A stretch of 46,521 nt of DNA, taken from Folioceros fuciformis. Lineage: Eukaryota. Of this stretch, positions 9,954-20,398 are shown piece by piece. The position numbers and the translations under genes are program-made. Numbering within the stretch: the stretch's first letter is position 1; each line of letters opens with the position of its first letter. The notes beneath the pieces are model-generated. The model was not told the DNA's origin, ran no database searches, and saw only the letters and a list, made by a program, of their open reading frames with translations. The stretch covers positions 1 to 46,521 of the forward strand of contig JBNGIO010006138.1 in NCBI GenBank assembly GCA_049999805.1, written 5' to 3'.

Positions 9954-11737
9954 TTCACGTACTACGTGATTGTGGGCGTCGTCCTCAGCTGGGGGCCTGG
10001 CCCAGTGCGTGAGAGGAGCCTGAACCTTACCACAATCCTCGGCACCAATCTCTTCAGGGTGCCCATCAATCTTCCTGGATTCGTCCATCACAAGGCCATG
10101 CAGGTATGTAGTTATACATCGCTGGAGAAGTAATGTGCGTTTGCTTGAATGTGGGGGTGCAACAATCAAGCATAGCCTGGCATAGCATTTCCATGCATGA
10201 CATCGGGCACTCAGCGACTAAGATCTGTGCATGTAGTGGACAGTCGGCTGTTGCTGATCAGTGCAACGTCACCCAATGACAATGTGGAGTGGTTAGACTA
10301 CCGGACATTACATTTGACGTGGATTGGGGTGCAGGCGAGGAAGGAGCTGGCCAAGATGTTAGACACCGAGTTTACGCTCAGGAGGAGCGGCAAGATTGTG
10401 CGCCACGACCTCTTGACGGACATGATGAATGCTGTCGACCCGGATTCTTCCAGCACCAAGCCTGCCCTGGGAGACGGCGAGCTGCGAGACAACCTCTTCA
10501 CCATGATCATTGCCGGTCACGAGGCTTCTACGAACACCCTCACTTGGCTCGCCAAACTGCTCCATGAGAACCCCGACGTCAAACAGAAGCTCATCGTGAG
10601 TGATCTTCGCATTCCTTCCACTCTGTGTGCGCCACTGGTACACTGCACACACATCGAACGAGTTCGCGCCTGAAGGCTGAATTCTCACCTCATATTCCTG
10701 TTGGTGCGCAGGCTGAGAACATGGCGATCAGAAGTGGGAAGCAAGCTGGAGAGCCGCTAACATGGGCCGACCTCGGCCAGCCAATGACATATACTCTCAA
10801 AGTAAGTACACTAGCTTACCCTAAATCTGGCAGTACCAGTACCCCGAGGACACACTACTCTGGCACTGTACAATGGCAGCAGCTGCTGAGGAAGTACGTA
10901 GAGATTTACACCTGCTTTGAAATTTGGCCCTATACCGTCCAGGTAATCAACAAGGCACTACGGATTTCCTCCCTCACGTTCTGGTGGCACAGACAGGTGA
11001 AGGAGGACTTCACCTTCAACGGTACGTATCCCAGCTAGACAACAATTCGCGTCATAAGAGTAGCTGTCTGCACCATCATGAACTCAGGCTGGTACTACTA
11101 GTCGTGCATCAATCCACTGACCATGTTGGGCATCGTAATGCAGGATACCACATCCCTAAGGGCTGGAATCTCGTGCACGACACGCACAACTTGCACCACA
11201 GCGAAGAGCCCTTTGAAGACCCGGAGAGGTTCAACCCATCTCGTTTTGACGTAAGAGACCTCACCGTTCCTAGTACAGGAAACTCAGCCAAGTCTGTGAG
11301 TGCATTAGCTTGGTGGAGGATGTCCATTCAGCTTATCCGCGGGCTGCCATGGATGACTCACAGGTGCTCCCCAAGCCCTTCTCATTGCTTCCATTCGGAA
11401 CCGGACTGAGAATGTGCCTCGGAAAAGACCTGGCGCTCATGGAGATCAAAGTCATCCTTCACCACATGATGCTCAAGTTCAAGTGAGTTGGAAATCACGT
11501 TTCCTAGCAATTATTTCACGTCCATGGCTGTGGGGTCTTCCAACCCGCCAACCAAATTTCGATGTCTGATTTTGATGTCGGCTCTGAAACAGATGGTCAG
11601 TAGCAGAAGCAGACAGTGGGCGAGATTTTTCAGGATTGCCATGCCCCGACAACGGCATTCCCTTCAACATCCTGGCTATTCAAGAGTACTGGTTAAAACA
11701 TCGTCGTCCCGTGAAGGACGCTCAGGCACTAGGTTAG
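9954..11737 (+). pseudogene. Second CYP85-clan P450 paralog lacking exon 1
   Basis: Exons 2-8 are colinear with the gene at 4074-6361 but the introns have diverged. No exon 1 is present because the inverted repeat ends 67 nt upstream of the exon 2 acceptor. ExxR Glu is changed to Lys (AAG 10952-10954, INKALR), the I-helix reads AGHEAS, and the stop is TGG at 11690-11692 with read-through to 11737. Confidence 0.88.
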
Positions 11738-12373
11738 GTGATCAAACGGAAAATGTCGTCGTTTGTAGACGGGATCCGTTTGTCGTGCCCTGTTTACCCC
11801 CATCCAAAACCTGATGAAAACATCCGTCTGTTTAGTCGACGGGGTTGGCATTACATAGTTGTATACCTATAGAATACCTTCTCGAAGTTTATTAACAATG
11901 ATACTATTATACCTGGGTCAAGGAAGTTTACAAGAAGAGCTTTTACAGTACTAAACTATAGACGTCAGCCCTAAACCCTGGAGGACTAAGCCCTTAGAAC
12001 AGTGCGTTTTCTTTTCCTGGGAGTAGGGAGTTGGCTCGTTCGTCCGCAGTTCTCTTCTGCCTTGCCCAGCACTCCAGGTCGAGCAACGTGACAGTACGCG
12101 TCCAGGTCAATGCAGAAGCCAAGTGGGAGGTCACAGGTCTTGGGCCGATACAAAAATGGAGCAATACAGTGAGAGTGTGGACTTGTTAACGTGCTGCCCA
12201 CGCTTGCTTGGCCCTTGATAAAGATGCCTCGGCATTCTTTCTCTTTCGTAGGAGTAGGGGGAAGCAGAAGAATCATCACAGATCGGTGACTAGAGGAGGG
12301 CAAGCTCTTCAGCACAAGATTCGGCTGGGCTCAGGAGGCGGAGTTGGGGGTGGGGGTGTCTGATTCGGGCGCC

Positions 12374-15300
12374 ATGGATTTCTTCGAGCTGTTGGCAGAG
12401 CCGGAGGGCGAGGAGACGAAGCAAGGTGCTGAAGACAACGATCTGGTGCCGGTGCTGGAGGATGGGTTCTGTGAAGTAGCCATAGATAATTCCGGATCTA
12501 CTTGGTCCCCGCTCCCATCAGGAAGGTCGGTGTTGGCTGCCAGCAAGAGCCTAGTGGCCTCCATCTGGGGGGACGATTTGAAAGTGATCGCATGGAACAA
12601 TGTCGCAGAGCGGCGGGTGCTGGGACGCATGGAGCCCGAAGGCGGCACCTCTCCCTCCTGCATCTTCCCTCTCCTTCGCGAGGACAAGAGTAGGGCATGC
12701 AAGACCCTCTTCATCACCACGGATGGGGCCATCGACAGCGAGGAGGTGACGAAGCTGCGGGAGGACGTCACACGATCGGGCCTAGTGAATGTGGTGGCCG
12801 TGTACGTGTCGGCATCGGAGAAGCCAGCGGACTTGAATCTCCCCGTGTTCGCCCCTTTCATGTTCGGGGTGTTCGGCCGGGTCGCCATCTTGCACTGGGA
12901 TGGCGATTCCCTCCGCCTGCTGCTCAAGCAGTGCAAAGGGGATCCCTCGGCGCCGGACGAAGCCCTCCCGGAACCCCCCTTGGAGATCGGGCCGGAGTCA
13001 TGTTGGGAGGATTTTCCTATTGTCCAGCCTAAGGATCTCCGCAACATGTCACTTCCCAGGCGGGTAGAGGCCCGCAACGCCCTGTGGCAGGCCGCGGCAG
13101 AGGCCAGCCCTCTGGTGGTTGTCGGGGGCCGCAGCTTCAGCTTGGACAGAGTCGGAGTCGCAGTTGCGGAGAAGCTGGAGTCCTTGCCGGCAGACGACCC
13201 GGAGTTGAGGGGCTTCCTGGACAGAATCGCAGACTTCCTGGAGGAGGCTGTGGGCGAGGTGCTGAACAGGACCCAGAGCCGGTTGTTCCGCAAAATACTG
13301 GGCCTCTGGCACGTCCGCGCCTTGGAGTGGAGCACGAACAGGCTGACGCAGCTGCGGGGAGAGGAGCCGGGGATGCAGCAGAGCCGGCGGAGAGCGGACG
13401 AGCTGTACCAGCTCCTGAACCAGGAGCAAGACCCGGCAAGGCGGAGGCCCATCCAGCGGGAGCTGGCTGAGATCACCACGCAGCTGTTCCACAGTGAGGA
13501 TCAACACCGGCGGGCGGTGCAGCAGGCTTCCCGCGCAGTGGAAGCCAGGTACAACGCGCTGGCATCGAGGTTGGCGGGCGGGGATCACCACACAGACTAC
13601 TCTTTGCAGAGCCTCTCGAAGGCCCTTAACTCTAACAGAGCGAGGAGGGCGAAGGGAGCCCAGGCGCAGAGCTATGACGAGGCGACTTGGGAGTTCGATG
13701 GGGCCCATCAAGTGGAATGCGACATTTGCGCGGAGACGAAGCCGCAAGGGCTGCTGGCTTGCGCCATCCCGGATGACGTGATTGCCAGCAACACTAGCGA
13801 TGCGGCCCTCAATGATGCCTTCTCGTTGGGGAGCAAGAACAGGACTTACCTCCCGAATTCGTCACTATGCGTTTTCTGCGCATCCTTCCTGGCGTCCAGC
13901 GGTGCCCCCTGCCCTTACAGCCGGCAGAAGATTGCTACCGTCTTGCCGATAGTGAAGTACAGCAAGGTGAGTGCGGCGAAGCTGGCTGCTAATGTGAGCC
14001 ACTGGCTGTTCCAAGGGAAAGAGCTCGGGATCGAGTTGCAGGCGCTCTTGGCTGTTTTTGATGACGTTAGGGGGCGAGGATGGAGTGGAGTGGAGGCGTT
14101 GGATTTTTGGGAGGTGGAGTATGTCCCCAAGATTCGTGTGAATTTTCAGGGTGCTGGGTACCCGAGCAAGCCGCTGTTGGAGGCTATTTCGGATTTGTTC
14201 CAGGCTGAGGGAAGGGGGTTTGAGAAGTTGGAAGGACTGCTTGTTCCTCTGCGGAACAAAAGCTTGGTCTCCATTTCTGCTCTGGCGCGGCTAGGGATGA
14301 GAAGAGGGAGCTTGCGGCTTGAGAATGTGGCGGATGTCGTAAACAGGATGCTGTTCAAGACCGTGGTGGGGCGGGTGTTGGGTTGGTGCAAGGATAGGGA
14401 GAACAGGAAGCACGAGATTGTGGAGCGTCTGCCTCGAATGTTGGAGTCGGATTTATATGATACTCCATCGGGGTTCCCAGTGAAGGGGACTGGGCGGGTG
14501 CTTGGATCTGTGGCGGGGTCTAGGTTCCTCCGCGCGGTCTTTGGGATGAAGGGTTTCGAGGGTTTGCTTCGGATTTTGGGTCAGGAGAGTGCTACCGTGG
14601 TTGGGGTGTCGTTGGAGATGTTGACGGTGTTGATGTACTCGCTGTTGACGGATCTGAACCACCAGAACTACCATCATGCTACTGAGGCTTTCATTGCCGA
14701 TCTGGCTGGCAAGCATCCTCTGGTTTGGAAGGCGTTTGCCTCCCCAAGAGCAATCGGGAAGGAAGAGGTACTGGAGTTGGTGGCACAGCTCAACCAGCAT
14801 GTCGGCAGCATTCAGGAACGGGTGCACAAGGAGGTGGTGCCCTGCTTCTCCCCTGCGCACATGTTGAGCCCTGCTGTGATTTGCTGTGGCTCGTGTGGGT
14901 TAGCTTTCATACATCCGGAAGAGATCCGGGATTACCTTGTTGCTAGCCCGGAGGCAAAGGACAGGATGGCAGATGCTGTGAAAAGCCGCCGTTGCCAGCA
15001 TTTTAGGTCTGTCTTCTGCACTGATTCATTGACAGGCATGGTAAACTTGACTTCAGGCCACAGTAATCGTCACCGGGCTGTCTCTACTATTCTGCGGCCG
15101 CTTCTGGAGCCCTTGGATTCATCGCCTAAGCTACCTACTCGGGACATGCTGCTCCAGGCGCTGGCCTACTTCAGGCGTTTCCCAAAGGGTGGCCAACTCT
15201 ACGGACCACATCTCTTATCCCACATTGTAGCATGCATGTTTGACTATCTAGAACAGAGCAGCCGTTTGCATGAGCAGGGTGACTTCCCTTCTTCACTTGC

Positions 15301-15679
15301 AGGCAACCACAACGTGTCCTTTGCCGACCGTCTGTCCGCAGAGATTGCGTACCTGGACAGGAAGAAGCTTCTTCCCACTGCTGATGGCGATCAGGCACAG
15401 CATTGGCTCAAAGTGTTCTCGCCACTGAGTCTGCAGTCACTGGACCGTGACCTTGTCGAGGAGCTCACGGAGCCTGTTTCCGTGGACGAGCTGCTACAAG
15501 TAACTTACCAGCCACCGGCCAAACGGCAGCGAAGAGACACTGAAGCTCCCAAACCGGTCGAGCCTGTTGATGGTGCTCGCAAGACCTTTGAGAAGAAGAT
15601 CAAGCCTGTTGTTGGTATTAGCAAAACCATTCAGAAGAAGATCAAGAGACGTTTAAGGCAACAGCGTATTGCTGGATAG
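12374..15679 (+). CDS. Intronless ~1101-aa protein: N-terminal vWA (MIDAS) domain, coiled-coil, Cys/His motifs and basic C-terminal tail; uncharacterised
   Basis: Uninterrupted 3.3-kb ORF with ATG in gccATGG context at 12374. Motifs: AIDNSGST, GGT and FITTDG (vWA MIDAS); SNRARRA; CDIC, CVFC, CPYSR and CGSCG; KKIKRRLRQQR NLS-like end. Confidence 0.88.
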   Translation: MDFFELLAEPEGEETKQGAEDNDLVPVLEDGFCEVAIDNSGSTWSPLPSGRSVLAASKSLVASIWGDDLKVIAWNNVAERRVLGRMEPEGGTSPSCIFPLLREDKSRACKTLFITTDGAIDSEEVTKLREDVTRSGLVNVVAVYVSASEKPADLNLPVFAPFMFGVFGRVAILHWDGDSLRLLLKQCKGDPSAPDEALPEPPLEIGPESCWEDFPIVQPKDLRNMSLPRRVEARNALWQAAAEASPLVVVGGRSFSLDRVGVAVAEKLESLPADDPELRGFLDRIADFLEEAVGEVLNRTQSRLFRKILGLWHVRALEWSTNRLTQLRGEEPGMQQSRRRADELYQLLNQEQDPARRRPIQRELAEITTQLFHSEDQHRRAVQQASRAVEARYNALASRLAGGDHHTDYSLQSLSKALNSNRARRAKGAQAQSYDEATWEFDGAHQVECDICAETKPQGLLACAIPDDVIASNTSDAALNDAFSLGSKNRTYLPNSSLCVFCASFLASSGAPCPYSRQKIATVLPIVKYSKVSAAKLAANVSHWLFQGKELGIELQALLAVFDDVRGRGWSGVEALDFWEVEYVPKIRVNFQGAGYPSKPLLEAISDLFQAEGRGFEKLEGLLVPLRNKSLVSISALARLGMRRGSLRLENVADVVNRMLFKTVVGRVLGWCKDRENRKHEIVERLPRMLESDLYDTPSGFPVKGTGRVLGSVAGSRFLRAVFGMKGFEGLLRILGQESATVVGVSLEMLTVLMYSLLTDLNHQNYHHATEAFIADLAGKHPLVWKAFASPRAIGKEEVLELVAQLNQHVGSIQERVHKEVVPCFSPAHMLSPAVICCGSCGLAFIHPEEIRDYLVASPEAKDRMADAVKSRRCQHFRSVFCTDSLTGMVNLTSGHSNRHRAVSTILRPLLEPLDSSPKLPTRDMLLQALAYFRRFPKGGQLYGPHLLSHIVACMFDYLEQSSRLHEQGDFPSSLAGNHNVSFADRLSAEIAYLDRKKLLPTADGDQAQHWLKVFSPLSLQSLDRDLVEELTEPVSVDELLQVTYQPPAKRQRRDTEAPKPVEPVDGARKTFEKKIKPVVGISKTIQKKIKRRLRQQRIAG

Positions 15680-15789
15680 AGCAGTCCCGGGCTACATCCT
15701 TGTGGACAAGCATGCACAACCTGGTTAATTGGAAGATGCACGGGTTTAAGCTTTAGCCGTTTAGGGTTTAGGGTCTTTTTCGTCTAGGT

Positions 15790-16700
15790 CACCTCTCACC
15801 TCAGAATTCAAGAACTTCTCAACCAACTGTTCGAGGAGCTTTAGGCAGCCCTTGTGATCGCTTTGTCCGAAGATGTACTTTTTTCTTCAAGCAATCCCAT
15901 ACTTCTTTGGCTAATGCACTTTTCTTCTTCGTTGGCCACACTCAAGCAATTCCTTACTGGTCCACATTCAAGATAGTGTCGCTTAGCTCCTGCAGGCCAT
16001 CATAAGGGAACGGCCCAAATATCCTTCGAGCTATCCCCTCGAATGTTCGCTCCGTCTTTCCACAAAGTTAAAATCCCCTGCCAAAATCCATGGCACCTGA
16101 TTATCCAAATGCTCCCCACAGCTTCCTCCTCTCTGAGTCAGCATTAGGCTCGTAAAGGTTACACAGACCTACAGGACCTTGGGGGGTCTGGAGCATCGAC
16201 CAGACAAATTTACCTATCTCATGCTGTCTTGTCTCCAAGACTTTATGGGTATGTCCCGGATGGACTGTTACGCAGAGCCCTCCTCGAGCTGTAGCCTCGA
16301 ATTCACCAGAGTTAGTGCCCCAACCCCCCCCCGCTGACTTTGCAGCAACCCATTCCGTTGGCCCTGGAAGAGATATTTTCTTGATTTTTTGCACATGATC
16401 AGTCAACAACTGATGTTTCTGTAGACACACCACATTGCCTCCTGAAGGAAATGTGGGAGCCTTCGACACTTCGAAGCCATTTTTTACCATCCGCCCAAGC
16501 CTTTAACATTCCAGGATGTGATTCGAAGTTGAGAGCCTCTCTCATAAGCGCATCTATGCACTCCGTCCGAACCTCGAGGAGTACCTGCAGCTCCAGCACC
16601 GACTGTAGCCGTACCCGTTCTCTCGAGACAGATCCAGAGATGGCAAGGACAAATGTTAAGCTTCCTGGAGCGAACCCAAAGCTGCCGAAATGATTTCAGT
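15790..16700 (-). mobile_element. Degenerate non-LTR retrotransposon (LINE) fragment, APE-type endonuclease region
   Basis: Minus-strand motifs in the correct order: ITSWNVKGLG (about 16523-16494), VVCLQKH, GGLCVTV, NLYEPNADSERRKLW and WILAGDFNFV (16090-16061). They are broken by frameshifts and stops, and no RT domain follows. Confidence 0.85.
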
Positions 16701-17038
16701 AGGTTGGTGCTTTCTTGCTGGGTACTGCGGTTAATTGTGCTCTTGCGCTGGTTCCCCTATCAACGGCGGGATGGAGCGTTTCGGTCGGGTCACTCACACC
16801 AGGGGGCGCAGGAGTTGCTGAGAGGAGACAGGTTCCGTGCACCGGACAATATGGTGGATCGACTGCTGATCGGAGCAGACATCAAAGAAGTAACGGGCGG
16901 CAAAGAAACAAGCTAGGGGGTGCAGCGCATTGCCGGGGAAACCCATCCAGGCGAAGAGAATTTCTGGCGAGGCATATTTTCGCTTAGGAGTCTCGACCCC
17001 GGGAGCTTTGGTGGCGACTGCTGCCCCAGCTGGATAAC

Positions 17039-19885
17039 ATGCAGGATAAAATGGTCTTCCTTTATGCTCTAGATTTGGAGGTGGGCTTGGACTGGAGCAT
17101 GCCGGACGACCCGTACCATCACAGGCCTTCAGGTTGCTGGACGGGTGTGACTTCTCGGACGGTGATTCGGCTATGTGGGCAGGGCCATTCCACTGAGACT
17201 GTCGAAGCTTTAGGAGTTCTGGTGCAGGCAGAGCGTTGTATTTCCAAGAGTCTGGTGTATGCTGTTTTGAAGAGATGTTTAGTCGAGAAGGACCTTGTTC
17301 TGGGTCGACGTCACGGTGAGAAGGGGGTATCAGTCAGATAGGTTCCTGGGCTTCCACATTCTGCGGATATATGCTGCTCATGGCAGGCTGCAAGATGCGA
17401 TGGATGTGTTTACGGTGGTGGCTAAACCAGATGCCTTCACTTGGTCTGCCATTATCTCTGCCCATGTTCAACACGGGCAAAACAAGCAGGCCTTGCAACT
17501 CTACCAGAGGATGCGCAGGTCAAAGAAGAAACCAGATGGGCATGTATTTGTGGCGGTTCTTCAGGCTTGTGCAAGGGGATCGGACTTGAAAGCTGGGCAG
17601 CAAGTGCATGCGGACGTTTTGGACAGTGGCGTTGAGCCTGATTTGTTTGTCTGCAATGGCTTGGTTAATATGTATGCGAAGTGTTGCAGGGAGGACGATG
17701 CCCAGAGAGTGTTTGATGGGTTACATCGGAAAAATGTGGCGACGTGGAACGCCATGATAGCAGGGTATTCCCAGCAGGGCATGGGGGAAGAAGCATTTCG
17801 TCTGTATCATGCGATGCAAGCTACGGGCATGCTTGTTCGTGATACAGTGACGTATGCTTGTCTCCTGCAGGCCTGTGCAAGTCTGGGCCCTTCGGCCTTG
17901 GGGATAGGGAGGCAGGTTCATCTGCAAATTGGAGAACAGGATGATCAGGCCCATGTAGTTGTAGCCAACAGTTTGGTGAAAATGTATGCCAAGTGTGGCA
18001 GCCTGGAAGATGCTCGGGCTGTCTTTGACATGCTCGGCGAAAACAATGTGGTGACGTGGACTGCTCTTATTGCAGGGTATGCGCAGCAGGGGCAAGGGCA
18101 TGACGCCCTGTCCCTTTACCGGGGTATGCAAGAAGAAGGTGTTGCTGTACCCAACTCTGTGACATTGTGTGCCTTCTGCTCGCATGTTCTGATCTGGGCA
18201 ACCCAGCGTTGGCCATGGGGAAGCAGCTTGAAGCAGACATCAGGGAACGAGGACTTCTAGCTGATGAGTTTGTGGCCAGCAGTTTGGTGAACATGTATGC
18301 AAAGTGTGGCAGCTTGCAGAACGCTCAGAGAGTGTTTGACGGATTTGATAGAAAAGAGGTGGTGATGTGGACTTCTCTGATTGCAGGTTATTCACAGCAG
18401 GGCATGGGGCAGGAAGCTCTTCGTCTCTATGGTGTCATGGAAGAAGAAGGCATCGCTGTCCCAAATTTAGTGACGTTTGTGTGCCTCTTGCAGGCTTGTG
18501 CAAGTGTAGGGAAGCAGGCCCTGGAAAAAGGGAAGCAGCTTCATACACAGATCAAAGAAGAGGGACATGAAGCTAATGCGTTGATTGGTAGTAGTTTGGC
18601 AAATATGTATGCAAAGTGTGGCAGCCTAGAAGATTCCCAGAGGCTGTTTCATGCACTTAGTGAAAAGGATGTGGTGACCTGGAACGTCATGATAGCAGGG
18701 TACTCCCAGGAGGTCATGGTGCAGGAGGCGCTTCATCTTTACAGTGCTACGCAACAAGACGGCATTGCTGTACCTGATTCCATGACGTTTGTGTACCTCT
18801 TGCAGGCGTGTGCAAGTGTGGCAGCCTTACATCTGGGCAAGCAACTACATGCGCAAATTGAGGAACAAGGCCTTCAAACTGACATTCTGATAGCCAGCAG
18901 CTTGATAAACATGTATGGAAAGTCTGGTAGCTTGAGTGACGCTCAGGAGGTATTCGACGCTGTGCCCAAAAGAGATGCCGTCACCTGGAATTCATTAATT
19001 GCAGGCTACACCTGTCAAGGAGACAGTGAAGTAGTGTTTATCTTGTTCGAGAGGATGACAGAGGACGGAGTGCTGCCAGTGGCTGTCACCTTTGTGAGCC
19101 TACTAACAGTGTGCAGCCACGTTGGCCTGGTGAGCAAGGGGCGAGAGTACTTTGAGGCCATGAGCACACACTACTACATCACTCCAACGGAGACCATCTG
19201 ACGTGTATGGTGGGTCTACTAGGTCGTGCAGGACCAATAGACGAGGCTCTGGCTCTGGTAACGTCCATGCATGTACTGCCTGATGCCGTCGTTTGGCATA
19301 CCCTCTTGGGTGCTTGCTCCAAGTGGGGCAATGTGGTGGTTGGTCTCCACGCTTTCCAGCAAGTACTAAAGCTAGACCAAAAAGAACCCACACCATGCGT
19401 GTTAATGTCGAACATATACTCCAGTGCCCGGATGTGGGAGCAGGCTGAACAGGAGGCTAGAACTCGCAGCGTGGAAGCTCCCGGGTCAGATTTGGTGGAT
19501 AGACACGGGGGGTCTGGTCCACGCTTTATTGGTCGGGAATGAGAAGCATCCCTTGAGTGAAACCCTGGTAGTACTTCCCAGAAGAACGGAAGACGGATTT
19601 GTACCCAGTCCGGTTTCGGGCCCATCCGACATACAGGAAGAAAAGTTGTGCTACAGTCTCAGCCAGAAGCTGGCTACTGGACGTTCCCACCACAGGGAGA
19701 TCGTTGTAATTACACATCAAAATTTGTGGGTCTACAGCACGGCACGAATTCCCTGTTGGCCTGTGATTGCATCAAAAGCAGAGTCTGGGCTGTGCCTCTG
19801 GGCATGCGAGCTTTCTGTCTTAAAAGAAGATCGTTCCCTCAGCTTCAGCTGTGCAATAAATGCATTTGCTGTAGGCTTATTTTGA
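17039..19885 (+). pseudogene. PLS-class PPR gene with E/E+ and degenerate DYW domain (RNA-editing factor type), frameshifted
   Basis: Repeated PLS triplets (LVNMYAKCGSLEDA..VF; VVTWxxxIAGYxQQG; VTFVCLLQACAS), E motifs (CMVGLLGRAG, VWHTLLGAC), PG-box KLPGQIWWID..VH and remnant EEKLCYSLSQKLA. The coding sequence is split over five reading segments by frameshifts near 17310, 18166, 19192 and 19460. Confidence 0.9.
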
Positions 19886-20398
19886 ATGTATTTTACGTTT
19901 CTGGCCGGAATTGCGTTGTGTTTGCCCCCATCTCAGCGGGGACTTGCCCGGCACGCCAGTAGGTAGATATGTACGTCTGTGAGTATGGACGCACCATCGA
20001 CCCGGAACGCGACGATGTAGACCTGCTGGAAGGAAGTTGTTTGATACATTCAAATCCGTGTGTAATAGAATAGACGAAGTTTAGGGTTTTGTGATGGCAT
20101 AAAAAATAGTTGGACTACTGAAATGTAGTACATGAGGACAATGGGCAGGATGTGAGCGTGGCAGCAAGAGAATGGCGGGGTCTGCATCCCGAACGGCAGG
20201 TTCATCATTCCGGCAAGCGTGGCAGAACAGTGAAGGAAGCAGGGACTGCGAAATCCGATCCAGTTGCGAGCGAAGACATCGGCATGGGCCGAGCGCGGTG
20301 GCACACCGGCCGGGCGGGCCGCATTGAGCCGAGTTCAATGGCGTGAGCAACAGTGGGTTCAGGAAGCAAGGTTGGGGTAGGGCAGGAAGCAGGGCGCC

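Noticed and set aside
12331-13747. Long antisense ORFs (382 aa and 232 aa) opposite the vWA gene, and similar ones opposite CYP exon 1 and GT4
   Set aside because: Expected shadow ORFs of GC-rich coding sequence; no domain motifs.
20079-20090. Isolated TTTAGGGTTTT / AAACCCTAAA motifs (also near 35413)
   Set aside because: Single telo-box-type motifs are common near plant promoters and are not evidence of interstitial telomere arrays.
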